Of a stretch of 64,000 nucleotides of DNA, positions 1 through 8,607 are shown piece by piece. Each line of letters starts with the position of its first letter. The first letter of the stretch is position 1. The notes beneath the pieces are model-generated. The model was not told where the DNA came from, made no database searches, and was given only the letters and a program-made list of their open reading frames with translations. The DNA comes from Acidimicrobiia bacterium (lineage in GTDB: Bacteria; Actinomycetota; Acidimicrobiia; Spongiisociales; ZC4RG35). The stretch is taken from positions 97,407 to 161,406 of the forward strand of contig OZ244856.1 in assembly GCA_965220995.1 (NCBI GenBank). Reading direction: 5' to 3'. The position numbers and the translations under genes were made by a program.

Positions 1-65
1 CCCGCGCCAAGGCCGAGTAGAGATGATGATGAGCGCAGACCAGCCCGGGGGTTTCCCGGCTCATG

Positions 66-2657
66 TCAGCGCCTTCGTCCCAAGGGGTAGTGCTTGTTGA
101 AGGGCAGTCGAGTGCGCCACACGCCATCCACCTGGTGCAAGGCGGCGGCCACCGCTCCGGCGGTGGGAACCAAACCGATCTCGCCCACGCCTTTGATCCC
201 GTACGGGGAGTTCGGCTGGGGGACCTCCACCAGGATCACGTCCACTTCCGGCATGTCCTTGGCGCGGATGATCCCCAGACTCCGCAGGGTCATGTTGGTG
301 GGCCGACTCTCGGTGTCGCAGGGGAAATCCTCGGTGAGCGCATAGCCCAATCCCATGTGGACGGATCCTTCGATCTGACCCTCACACAGCACCGGATTCA
401 CCGCTTTGCCCACATCGTGAGCCGCCACCACTCTCTCCACCTTGCCGGTGGCGGCATCGGCGATCACCAACTGGCTGGCATACCCGAAGGCAGAGTGGAT
501 GATGGGGTTTTCCGCTCCCTCGGACAAGCTGTTGGTCCAGTCCACCACCCAGGCGCCGTGGTAATCAACCCCCGTTTCGCAGCCACCTTCCAGGGCCTTG
601 CGGCAGGCGTCCGCCACCGAACCGGCCACCATCAGGGTGGCCCGGGAGCCAGTGGTCTGCCCGGCGCCCAGTTCGCGGGAGGTGTCCACCAGCACCTCGA
701 TCCGATCGGGATCGATTCCCAGTTCCTCCACCGCCACCTGCAGGGCCACCGTGTGAACTCCCTGCCCCATCTCGGTCCAGCAGTGGCGCACCTCCACCTT
801 CCCATTGGGCTTGAAGCACACCACCGATCTGGAAACTTCGCGGAAGCCGTTGCCCAAACCGGAGTTTTTCAACCCCAGGCCCACCCCAACGGCTTTGCCT
901 TCGGCAATCGCACGGTCGTAGTGAGGCTTGACCGCCTCCAAACAACGCTGTGCCCCGAGCGAGCCCTCGTCCATAATCTGTCCCGGCCCCCACACCGAAC
1001 CCGGCATCACCACATTGCGGGAGCGCATCTCCCAGCCGCTGATCCCCACCTTCTCGGCCAGCCGGTCCATGACCCCCTCCATGGCGAACTGAGCCTGGTT
1101 CGCCCCGAATCCCCGGAAAGCCCCGCACACCGAGTTGTTGGTGCGAACCGCCAGGGCCTCCACGTCGATGGCCCCCACCACGTAGGGCCCGCTGGCATGC
1201 CCGGCCGCCCGCTCCAGAACCTTCATTCCCACCGAGGCGTAGGGACCCGAATCGCCCAGCATGCGCGCCTTGAAGGCGGTGAGTCGGCCATCGGGGTCAC
1301 AGCCGGCCCACAGTTCGATGCGAATGGGATGCCGCTTGGGATGGATATGCAACGACTGCTCCCGGGTGAGAGTGCATTTCACCGATCTGCCCAGAAGATG
1401 GGCGGCCAAGGCGGTCTGGGCCTGGTTGGCCATGTCCTCCTTGCCGCCGAAGGCGCCCCCGTTGGACACCAACTCCACGGTTATGCGGGAGGGGTCCATC
1501 CCCAGCACCGAGGCGATCTGGTTGCGATCATCCCACACTCCCTGCCCTCCCGAATAGACGTGCAGGTCGCCGTTGGGCAGCGGGACCGCCACCGTCGACT
1601 CCGGCTCCAAAAAGGCGTGTTCCACCCGCTGGGTATGGAAAACCTCGTGCACGATGTGGGCCGACTCCGCCAGAGCCTGTTCCACGTCGCCCCGCCGGTA
1701 GGCCGAGCGGGACAGAAGGTTCCCCTCCAACCCCCACACCGCGTCCTCGGAGGACAGGGCCTGCTCGGGATCGCTCACCGGCGTGAGCACCCGGTATCGG
1801 ACCTCGATCAGGTCAGCCGCCTCTCGGGCGGTCTGGACGTCGGACGCCACCACCATGGCCAGGACATCCCCCGAATAGGAGGTTCGGCCTCCCACCGGGA
1901 TGAACACCGGCCAGTCCTGGTGGATCAGACCCACCCGAAGATCGCCGGGAACATCGGCGGCGGTTATCACTCTCACCACTCCCGGATATGCGGAAGCCGC
2001 CGCGGTGTCGATTCCCAGCACGTCGGCCCGGGAATGGTCGGTGAGCCGCAGGGCGGCGTGCAGCATCATGGGCGAGGCCAGGTCGTCTATGTAGGGCCGG
2101 TCGCCCAGGGACAACTCCATCGCCTCGTACTTGCAGCCGTTCTTGCCCACCCCGCCCGGACGGGCCACGGTGGGAATCGGCTCACCCGAGGCCAAAAGCT
2201 CGATGGCCTCCACGATCTTGGTGTAGCCGGTGCAACGGCACAGGTGGGCGCCCAGACGACCGTTGATGGTTTTGCGGTCCAAGGCCGAACCCTTCTGGTC
2301 GATCAGAGCCTTGGCTCGCATAACGATGCCGGGAGTGCAAAAGCCGCACTGCAATGCTCCGGTGGATGCGAACCCCCGGGCCAGTCGATCCCTCTCCACC
2401 GGATCGAGTCCTTCCAGGGTGACGATCTCTTTTCCCTGGATTCGCTGAAGCGGCATCTGGCAACTCACCACGGCCCGGCCGTTCACCAACACCGTGCAGC
2501 ACCCGCATTGTCCCGACGGAGCGCATCCGTCCTTGGCGGAGATAAGCCCCAACTCTTCTCGCAGGGCGGCCAACAGGTGGGGATGGTCGGCGCGCACCGC
2601 CACCTCTTTTCCGTTGACAAGGAAGGAAACAGTGGGTGGGGCTTGCATCATGGTCAT
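66..2657 (-). CDS. Xanthine dehydrogenase/aldehyde oxidoreductase family molybdoenzyme with fused N-terminal [2Fe-2S] ferredoxin domain (no FAD domain; Mop-like architecture)
   Basis: The N-terminus has the two 2Fe-2S cysteine clusters (CGCCTVLVNG, CGFCTPG, CRCTGY), followed by a long MoCo-binding a/b-hammerhead and MPT-binding domains. I moved the start to MTMMQA (ATG at 2657, GGAG RBS 7 nt upstream) rather than the track's 2690. Its antisense 880-aa ORF is spurious. Confidence 0.85.
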   Translation of the reverse strand: MTMMQAPPTVSFLVNGKEVAVRADHPHLLAALREELGLISAKDGCAPSGQCGCCTVLVNGRAVVSCQMPLQRIQGKEIVTLEGLDPVERDRLARGFASTGALQCGFCTPGIVMRAKALIDQKGSALDRKTINGRLGAHLCRCTGYTKIVEAIELLASGEPIPTVARPGGVGKNGCKYEAMELSLGDRPYIDDLASPMMLHAALRLTDHSRADVLGIDTAAASAYPGVVRVITAADVPGDLRVGLIHQDWPVFIPVGGRTSYSGDVLAMVVASDVQTAREAADLIEVRYRVLTPVSDPEQALSSEDAVWGLEGNLLSRSAYRRGDVEQALAESAHIVHEVFHTQRVEHAFLEPESTVAVPLPNGDLHVYSGGQGVWDDRNQIASVLGMDPSRITVELVSNGGAFGGKEDMANQAQTALAAHLLGRSVKCTLTREQSLHIHPKRHPIRIELWAGCDPDGRLTAFKARMLGDSGPYASVGMKVLERAAGHASGPYVVGAIDVEALAVRTNNSVCGAFRGFGANQAQFAMEGVMDRLAEKVGISGWEMRSRNVVMPGSVWGPGQIMDEGSLGAQRCLEAVKPHYDRAIAEGKAVGVGLGLKNSGLGNGFREVSRSVVCFKPNGKVEVRHCWTEMGQGVHTVALQVAVEELGIDPDRIEVLVDTSRELGAGQTTGSRATLMVAGSVADACRKALEGGCETGVDYHGAWVVDWTNSLSEGAENPIIHSAFGYASQLVIADAATGKVERVVAAHDVGKAVNPVLCEGQIEGSVHMGLGYALTEDFPCDTESRPTNMTLRSLGIIRAKDMPEVDVILVEVPQPNSPYGIKGVGEIGLVPTAGAVAAALHQVDGVWRTRLPFNKHYPLGRRR

Positions 2658-2670
2658 AATCTGCTCCGAA

Positions 2671-3627
2671 TCAAGGCGGGGGAATCGCACCGCGTCTTTC
2701 GCTGATCAACCGGTAGTGCTCGGGCACCCGGTAAAGATCGAAATTGAAAACGTTGTCCTTGTAAAAACGACAGAAATCCAGGTCGATCCGGGCCACGGCC
2801 AGTTCGTCGCCGTCGGTGATGGTCTGGCAGACGATCTGTCCGGAGGGAGCGATTATCACGCTCTGTGCGATGTTTTCCACCCCTTCCTCGATCCCCGCCT
2901 TGGCGACCCCCACCACCCAGCATCCGTTCTGATAGGCGCCGGCCTGCATGACCACGTGACTGTGAAAATTCTGGAGGGGGTTCTGCTGAGGATCAGCCGC
3001 GTAGTAATAGGGCGTGTTGTAGCCGATCAGGATCAACTCCACCCCCTGCAGGCCCATCACACGATAGGTCTCCGACCACCTCCGGTCGTTGCAGATGGCC
3101 ATCCCCACTATTCCCCCGAACGCCCTCCACACTCCAAAGCCGTCGGGGCCGGACTTGAAGAAGTGCCGTTCGGCGTGCTGGAATGGTCTCCACTCCTGGA
3201 TCTCCTCATGTCCGGGAATGTGAATCTTGCGGAACTTGGCAACCACCGATCCATCCCGTTCCACCAGGATCTGCGTGTTGTACCGATGCAGTACTCCGTC
3301 GGAATCGGTGTGCGCTTCCGCATAACCCAGGCAGAAGCCGATACCCAGGCGGGCCGCTTCATCGAACAGGGGCCGGGTGGCTTCCGACGGCATTTCCTTC
3401 TCGTAGAAGGCGAGCATTTCCTCTTCGTCTTCGATGTACCACCGAGGAAAGAAGGTGGTGAGGGTCAACTCGGGGAACACCAGCAACTCCACCCCCCGCT
3501 CGTGGGCCTCATGCAGCAGCGTCAACAGGCGTTTGACAACTTGCTCCCGACTCTCGTCCCGGGCGACGGGACCCACCTGCGCCATGCCTACCGTCAAGTT
3601 GCGACTCATGGGAACCGAATGTACCAT
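2671..3627 (-). CDS. N-carbamoyl-D-amino-acid hydrolase (D-carbamoylase), nitrilase/CN-hydrolase superfamily
   Basis: Strong resemblance to Agrobacterium D-carbamoylase throughout (VFPELTLTTFFPRW, ICNDRRW, NTPYYY; Glu/Lys/Cys triad context). The TGA stop is followed 13 nt later by the XDH-like start, so the two are likely co-transcribed. Confidence 0.85.
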   Translation of the reverse strand: MVHSVPMSRNLTVGMAQVGPVARDESREQVVKRLLTLLHEAHERGVELLVFPELTLTTFFPRWYIEDEEEMLAFYEKEMPSEATRPLFDEAARLGIGFCLGYAEAHTDSDGVLHRYNTQILVERDGSVVAKFRKIHIPGHEEIQEWRPFQHAERHFFKSGPDGFGVWRAFGGIVGMAICNDRRWSETYRVMGLQGVELILIGYNTPYYYAADPQQNPLQNFHSHVVMQAGAYQNGCWVVGVAKAGIEEGVENIAQSVIIAPSGQIVCQTITDGDELAVARIDLDFCRFYKDNVFNFDLYRVPEHYRLISERRGAIPPP

Positions 3628-3664
3628 GCTACTTTACATTTTGTCAAGTACAGGCCAGGGCCTC

Positions 3665-4318
3665 ATGTCCACACCTTCGCAGGTTCCGACATCCGAGAAT
3701 CCCGCCGGTCCGGGGGAACAGCCCACCGAGCACCGGCTGTGTCGCCTGGAATTCCTGGTGGAACCGTTCTTGGAAGGCAACCCCGGCCCTCACGTGCTGG
3801 CGCCGCTTCACCGGCTTCGCCGCCGGGCAATCCAGGTCAACCAGGGTCCGTTCGGGAACACCGTGGAGGGCGACCGGCGGACGGTAACCACCGCTCTCCT
3901 GACCATCCTGGAAAGCGCCTTCGACAACGGGGCTTCCCGCATATTGATCAATCTGTCCCAAGGAGAACCGAACACCCTCCCTTCCCAGGTCCCGCCCGGG
4001 CAATCTCCGGGTCAGGGTCCGGGCATCGCCCGCCGTGCGGGGGTGGCGGATGACCCGCCGCCGGGGGGAGGCGGTATGCTGGGCGCCACCCGGCCCGAGG
4101 ACATTCACGGGGCGGTTGATCGCATTGTCAGTGCGGTGGAGGATCAGATGGGAGGAGCGTTGGGAGACCTGTCCAGAGAGAAGAAACAGGCGGCCGTGCG
4201 AATCCTGGACGAACAGGGCGTCTTCCTGATCCGCAAGTCGGTGGAGACGGTGGCGGACGCCATGGGGGTGAGCCGGATAACAATTTACAACTATCTGAAC
4301 GCCATCCGCGGGGATTGA
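3665..4318 (+). CDS. Putative transcriptional regulator: N-terminal MTH1187/YkoF-like domain fused to C-terminal helix-turn-helix
   Basis: The C-terminus (DAMGVSRITIYNYLNAI) is HTH-like. The N-terminal 'EFLVEPFLEGNPGPHV...VNQGPFGNTVEG' resembles the MTH1187/YkoF ligand-binding fold. The start was taken at the ATG after the divergent carbamoylase gene, because the track's ORF overlaps that gene. Confidence 0.5.
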   Translation: MSTPSQVPTSENPAGPGEQPTEHRLCRLEFLVEPFLEGNPGPHVLAPLHRLRRRAIQVNQGPFGNTVEGDRRTVTTALLTILESAFDNGASRILINLSQGEPNTLPSQVPPGQSPGQGPGIARRAGVADDPPPGGGGMLGATRPEDIHGAVDRIVSAVEDQMGGALGDLSREKKQAAVRILDEQGVFLIRKSVETVADAMGVSRITIYNYLNAIRGD

Positions 4319-4394
4319 ATGCCAGAATGAGAGAAATGCGCGGTCTGACGATTACCTACCAGGGCGCCTTCCCCCGGTTGTCCGAGGAGGGTGA

Positions 4395-5576
4395 GTGAGT
4401 TCTTCCGGTTCGGCTGCGCAGCGTTCCCGACTGGCAAACCAATTGCTCTCCTACACTGTGCCGGCCTTGGCCGTGTTGGGAGCGTTGGCGATCGGGGCCT
4501 TGATGTTGGCCGCCCTGGGCGCCAATCCCTTCACCGGGTTCTGGGCGATGGCCAAGGGGGCGTTCGGAAGCAGCAACGCCCTGGTGGAGACCGCCCTCAA
4601 GTCAACCCCCCTCCTGCTGGTGGGGGTGGGCATCACCATCGCCTTCCGGGCCAACGTGATCAACATCGGAGGCGAGGGCCAGATGGTGTCGGGCGCCCTG
4701 GCCACCACCATCACCGCCCTGGGGATGACCGACGTCACGGTGTGGATCGCCCTTCCCCTGTCCCTTTTGGCGGGAATCCTGGGGGGAGCGCTGTGGGGCG
4801 CCATCCCCGGCGCCTTGAAGGCGTACTTCGGAGTCAACGAGATCCTCAGCACCATCATGCTCAACGTGGTGGCGGTGCAGGCCATGAACTATCTGCTCAG
4901 AGATCCGTTGATCGATCCGATGGAGATCGAACGGGGGACCAGAATTCCGCAGACCGCCCGGCTTCCCGAAAGCACCGACCTGCCGCTCTTCGTTGAAGGG
5001 GGGCGACTCCACATCGGCCCGGTGATTGCGGTGGCGGCCGCCGTGCTGGTGTACGTGTTGCTTTGGCGAACCACCTCCGGCTATCGGCTGCGGGCGGTGG
5101 GACTCTCGGGTGACGCGGCTCGCTATGCGGGGATGTCGGTGGAAAGAAACGTGGTCTGGGCACTGACTCTCAGTGGGGCGATGTCCGGGCTGGCGGGAGC
5201 GATCCTGGTGCTGGGGTCGGAGGGTCATCGGATGGTGACCGACGGCAGCACCATCGGTTTCACCGGCAGCGCCGGGTTCAACGGAATAGTGACGGCGCTG
5301 TTCGGGGGGTTGCATCCGTTGTGGACCATCCCCTCCTCGTTCTTGTTCGGAGGGCTCTTGGTGGGAGCCATCGCCCTGCAAAGGGCCGCGCAGGTCCCCA
5401 CCGCCCTGGTGCTGGCTCTGAACGGTCTGGTGGTCCTGTTTGTGGTCAGCCTGGATCGCTACCGCCAGCAGTTGAAGGAGCGGGAAGATCGGCGCGCCCT
5501 GGCCCTGGCCGAGGAAGATCAGGAGGAGGGTGACGCCGGCCCCTCTCCTTCGGAACAGGAACCGGACGATGGCTGA
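4395..5576 (+). CDS. ABC transporter permease (BMP/nucleoside-type uptake system, permease 1)
   Basis: Multi-TM hydrophobic protein with the conserved 'NIGGEGQM' permease motif. GTG start preceded by a GAGGAGG RBS. First gene of a + strand transporter operon. Confidence 0.8.
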   Translation: MSSSGSAAQRSRLANQLLSYTVPALAVLGALAIGALMLAALGANPFTGFWAMAKGAFGSSNALVETALKSTPLLLVGVGITIAFRANVINIGGEGQMVSGALATTITALGMTDVTVWIALPLSLLAGILGGALWGAIPGALKAYFGVNEILSTIMLNVVAVQAMNYLLRDPLIDPMEIERGTRIPQTARLPESTDLPLFVEGGRLHIGPVIAVAAAVLVYVLLWRTTSGYRLRAVGLSGDAARYAGMSVERNVVWALTLSGAMSGLAGAILVLGSEGHRMVTDGSTIGFTGSAGFNGIVTALFGGLHPLWTIPSSFLFGGLLVGAIALQRAAQVPTALVLALNGLVVLFVVSLDRYRQQLKEREDRRALALAEEDQEEGDAGPSPSEQEPDDG

Positions 5577-6501
5577 CATTTTCGCCGCCACCGTCATCGT
5601 GGCAACCTTGTCGTCGGGAATCCGATTGGCGGTCCCCCTTCTGCTGGCGTCGCTGGGAGAGGCGTTCGGGCAGCGCAGCGGAGTGCTCAACCTGGGAGTG
5701 GACGGAATCATGCTGCTCGGCGCCTTCGGCGGCTACTACACCACCCTGAAGACCCAGAGCCCCTGGATGGGCTTGGCGGTGGGTCTCTTGGTGGGGCTGG
5801 CCCTGGGCCTGCTGTCATCGGTGATAAGCGTTTCCCTGCGCGCCGAACAGGGGATCAGCGGTATCGGCGTGTACCTGTTCGGGCTGGGCATGAGCGACCT
5901 GCTGTTCCAGCGGCTGGTGGGGACCCCTCTGCCCGTCAAGCCCTTCACCAAGACACCCATACCCGGTCTGTCGGAGATTCCGGTGCTGGGGGACCTGTTC
6001 TTCAATCACAGCATCCCCATCTACCTGGCCTTTTTGTCCGTACCCATCGCCACGGTGATCATCAACCGGACCCGGTTCGGGATGAACATCCGGGCGGTGG
6101 GGGAGAACCCCGAGGCGGCCGACTCCCAGGGAGTCAGCGTCACCCGGGTCCGTTATGCCGCCGTCACCATCGGGGGAGTGCTGGCGGGTGCGGCGGGTGC
6201 GGTTCTCGCCATCAGCCTGGGGATCTTCCAGCAGAACCTCACCAACGCCCAAGGCTTCATAGCCATCGCCTTGGTGTATTTCGGAGCGTGGAGACCGCTG
6301 GGGGTGATGGCCGGATCCCTGGTGTACGGGATGGTCTCGGCAATAGTGCTGCTGCTCAAGACCCGGGGGATCATCCCCCTGGGGGCCTCCGACCTGGCCG
6401 CCATGATCCCGGCGGTGATCACCGTCCTGGCCCTGGTGCTGGCGGCCCGGCGCTTCCGGGCCCCCACCGCTCTCACCAAGCCTTTCATAAGAGGGGGATA
6501 G
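5569..6501 (+). CDS. ABC transporter permease (permease 2)
   Basis: Multi-TM protein. MADIF start overlaps the end of permease 1, suggesting translational coupling. Typical second permease of BMP-family uptake systems. Confidence 0.8.
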   Translation: MADIFAATVIVATLSSGIRLAVPLLLASLGEAFGQRSGVLNLGVDGIMLLGAFGGYYTTLKTQSPWMGLAVGLLVGLALGLLSSVISVSLRAEQGISGIGVYLFGLGMSDLLFQRLVGTPLPVKPFTKTPIPGLSEIPVLGDLFFNHSIPIYLAFLSVPIATVIINRTRFGMNIRAVGENPEAADSQGVSVTRVRYAAVTIGGVLAGAAGAVLAISLGIFQQNLTNAQGFIAIALVYFGAWRPLGVMAGSLVYGMVSAIVLLLKTRGIIPLGASDLAAMIPAVITVLALVLAARRFRAPTALTKPFIRGG

Positions 6502-6554
6502 ATATTTCTTTCCCAATCTGTCAAATACAACCGAACCTACCCAAGGAGTAACTG

Positions 6555-8567
6555 ATGAACCTGTTTAGAAAGCCTGGTTTGGCCAGGCTATGGGTGCTGG
6601 CGGCCCTGTTGGCTTTGGTGGCCGCCGCCTGCGGAGACGACGCAGAGGAGCCGGCTGCGACCACCGCGGCTCCCACCACCCAAGCGGCCGAGGAGCCGGC
6701 GCCCGCCCCCGACGACGAGGCGCCCGCCCCCGACGAGCCGGAAGCACCGATGGAGCCGCTGCGGATTGCGGTGGTTGCGCCGAGCGCCTCCAATGATTTG
6801 GCGTTCACGCAGAGCATCGTGGATGCAGTGAACGTGATTGTGGATGAGCATCCGGGCACCGAGGTGGCCATCACCGACGGCACCTTCATTGTGGAGGACG
6901 CGGCGGCGGCCATCCGCGGTTATGCCGAAGAGGGCTATGACCTGGTGATCGCTCATGGTTCCCAATATGGCGGGTCTTTGCAGGAGATCGCCGGGGACTT
7001 CCCCGACACGGCGTTCGCCTGGGGTACCTCCGCTGACACCCTGGGCCAGCCCAATGTCTCGGCCTACACCGCCGCCTCCGACCAGGGAGGCTACGTAATG
7101 GGCAGAATGGCCGCAGTGCTGTCCCGGTCAGGTGTGATCGGGGTGGTCGGCCCCATCGAGGTGGGCGACGCCAAGCTGTTCGTGGACGGTTTCGCCAACG
7201 GCGCCAAGGCGCAGGACGCGGTGACCGTCAACATCAACTACATCGGTTCGTTCAGTGACGTGGCGTTGGCCTCCGAAGCCGCCCAGGCGCATATCGCGTC
7301 GGGCGCCGATGTTTTGACCGGATCGGCCCAGATGGTGGTCGGCGCGGTGGGTGTCGCTCAGGCCAACGCAACTCTGTGGTTCGGCACTCAGGCCAACCAG
7401 ACATCCCTGGCGCCCGATCTGGTGGTGGCTTCCCAGGTGTACAAGTGGGAAGTGGTGTTGCGCGACATCATCGCCGACATCTCCGCCGGTTCACTGGGTG
7501 GAGAGGCCTACGAGATCAACCTCGCCAACGGGGGCCTGGTGGTCGAATACAACGACGGATTCCCCCTGCCCGACGAGGTGCGCACTCTCGCCGAGAGCAC
7601 CATCTCGGGAATAATCGACGGGAACATCAACACCATGGATCAGATGATGGTGGAAGAACCCGAGCCGATGGAGCCGCTGCGGATTGCGGTGGTTGCGCCC
7701 AGCGCCTCCAATGATTTGGCGTTCACGCAGAGCATCGTGGATGCAGTGAACGTGATTGCCGGCGAACATCCGGGCACCGAGGTGGCCATCACCGACGGCA
7801 CCTTCATTGTGGAGGACGCGGCGGCGGCGATCCGCGGCTATGCCGAAGAGGGCTATGACCTGGTGATTGCCCACGGTTCCCAATATGGTGGATCGTTGCA
7901 GGAGATCGCCGGGGACTTCCCCGACACGGCCTTCGCCTGGGGTACCTCGGCCGACACCTTCGGCCTCCCCAATGTCAGCGCTTACACCGCCGCCTCCGAC
8001 CAGGGAGGCTACGTGATGGGCGTGGTGGCCGCCAATATCTCCGAATCGGGAGTGATCGGCGTGGTCGGCCCCATCGAGGTGGGCGACGCCAAGCTGTTCG
8101 TGGACGGTTTCCACAACGGCGCGGTGGCCACTCGGGGCGACGTGACCGTGAACATCAACTACATCGGTTCGTTCAGTGATGTGGCGTTGGCTTCCGAGGC
8201 CGCCCAGGCTCATATCGCCGCCGGAGCGGATGTCCTGACCGGATCGGCCCAGATGGTGGTCGGCGCGGTGGGCGTCGCTCAGGCCAACGATGTCTATTGG
8301 TTCGGCACTCAGGCCAACCAGACATCCCTGGCGCCCGATCTGGTGGTGGCTTCCCAGGTGTACAAGTGGGAAGTGGTGTTGCGCGACATCATCGCCGACA
8401 TCTCCGCCGGTTCACTGGGCGGTCAGGCCTACGAGATCAACCTGGCCAACGGCGGACTGGTGTTGGAGCCCAATCCGGCATTCGACATACCTCCGGAGTT
8501 GTTTGCCCAGGTTGCCGCCGTGGTTCAGGGAATCATCGACGGCAGCGTCGACACCGGCGCCAACTAG
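6555..8567 (+). CDS. Tandem-duplicated BMP-family (PnrA/Med/TmpC-like) ABC substrate-binding lipoprotein
   Basis: Signal peptide with lipobox (LVAAACGDD), then an Ala/Pro/Glu-rich linker and two roughly 305-aa BMP-like modules. Each module begins MEPLRIAVVAPSASNDLAFTQSIVDAVNVI..., and the two are about 90% identical. Confidence 0.8.
   Translation: MNLFRKPGLARLWVLAALLALVAAACGDDAEEPAATTAAPTTQAAEEPAPAPDDEAPAPDEPEAPMEPLRIAVVAPSASNDLAFTQSIVDAVNVIVDEHPGTEVAITDGTFIVEDAAAAIRGYAEEGYDLVIAHGSQYGGSLQEIAGDFPDTAFAWGTSADTLGQPNVSAYTAASDQGGYVMGRMAAVLSRSGVIGVVGPIEVGDAKLFVDGFANGAKAQDAVTVNINYIGSFSDVALASEAAQAHIASGADVLTGSAQMVVGAVGVAQANATLWFGTQANQTSLAPDLVVASQVYKWEVVLRDIIADISAGSLGGEAYEINLANGGLVVEYNDGFPLPDEVRTLAESTISGIIDGNINTMDQMMVEEPEPMEPLRIAVVAPSASNDLAFTQSIVDAVNVIAGEHPGTEVAITDGTFIVEDAAAAIRGYAEEGYDLVIAHGSQYGGSLQEIAGDFPDTAFAWGTSADTFGLPNVSAYTAASDQGGYVMGVVAANISESGVIGVVGPIEVGDAKLFVDGFHNGAVATRGDVTVNINYIGSFSDVALASEAAQAHIAAGADVLTGSAQMVVGAVGVAQANDVYWFGTQANQTSLAPDLVVASQVYKWEVVLRDIIADISAGSLGGQAYEINLANGGLVLEPNPAFDIPPELFAQVAAVVQGIIDGSVDTGAN
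6750..8567 (+). repeat. Imperfect tandem duplication (period about 918 bp, 2 copies) encoding the two BMP modules
   Basis: ATGGAGCCGCTGCGGATTGCGGTGGTTGCGCC recurs at 6750 and 7668. The copies differ by scattered substitutions (e.g. ...GTGATTGTGGATGAGCAT vs GTGATTGCCGGCGAACAT). Confidence 0.8.
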
Positions 8568-8607
8568 CCGAAAACGGAAACAAGGAACGTCTGACAGGGT
8601 GAGCGCG

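Noticed and set aside
63-2705. 880-aa + strand ORF
   Set aside because: It is the antisense frame of the XDH-family gene. It is Gly/His/Arg-rich low complexity, typical of a high-GC shadow ORF with no recognizable domains.
2494-4053. 519-aa + strand ORF
   Set aside because: It overlaps the entire D-carbamoylase gene on the opposite strand, and the carbamoylase has strong homology. This frame is a low-complexity shadow frame.
4602-5711. 369-aa minus-strand ORF
   Set aside because: It is antisense to the ABC permease genes and has a low-complexity Gly/Arg/His composition.
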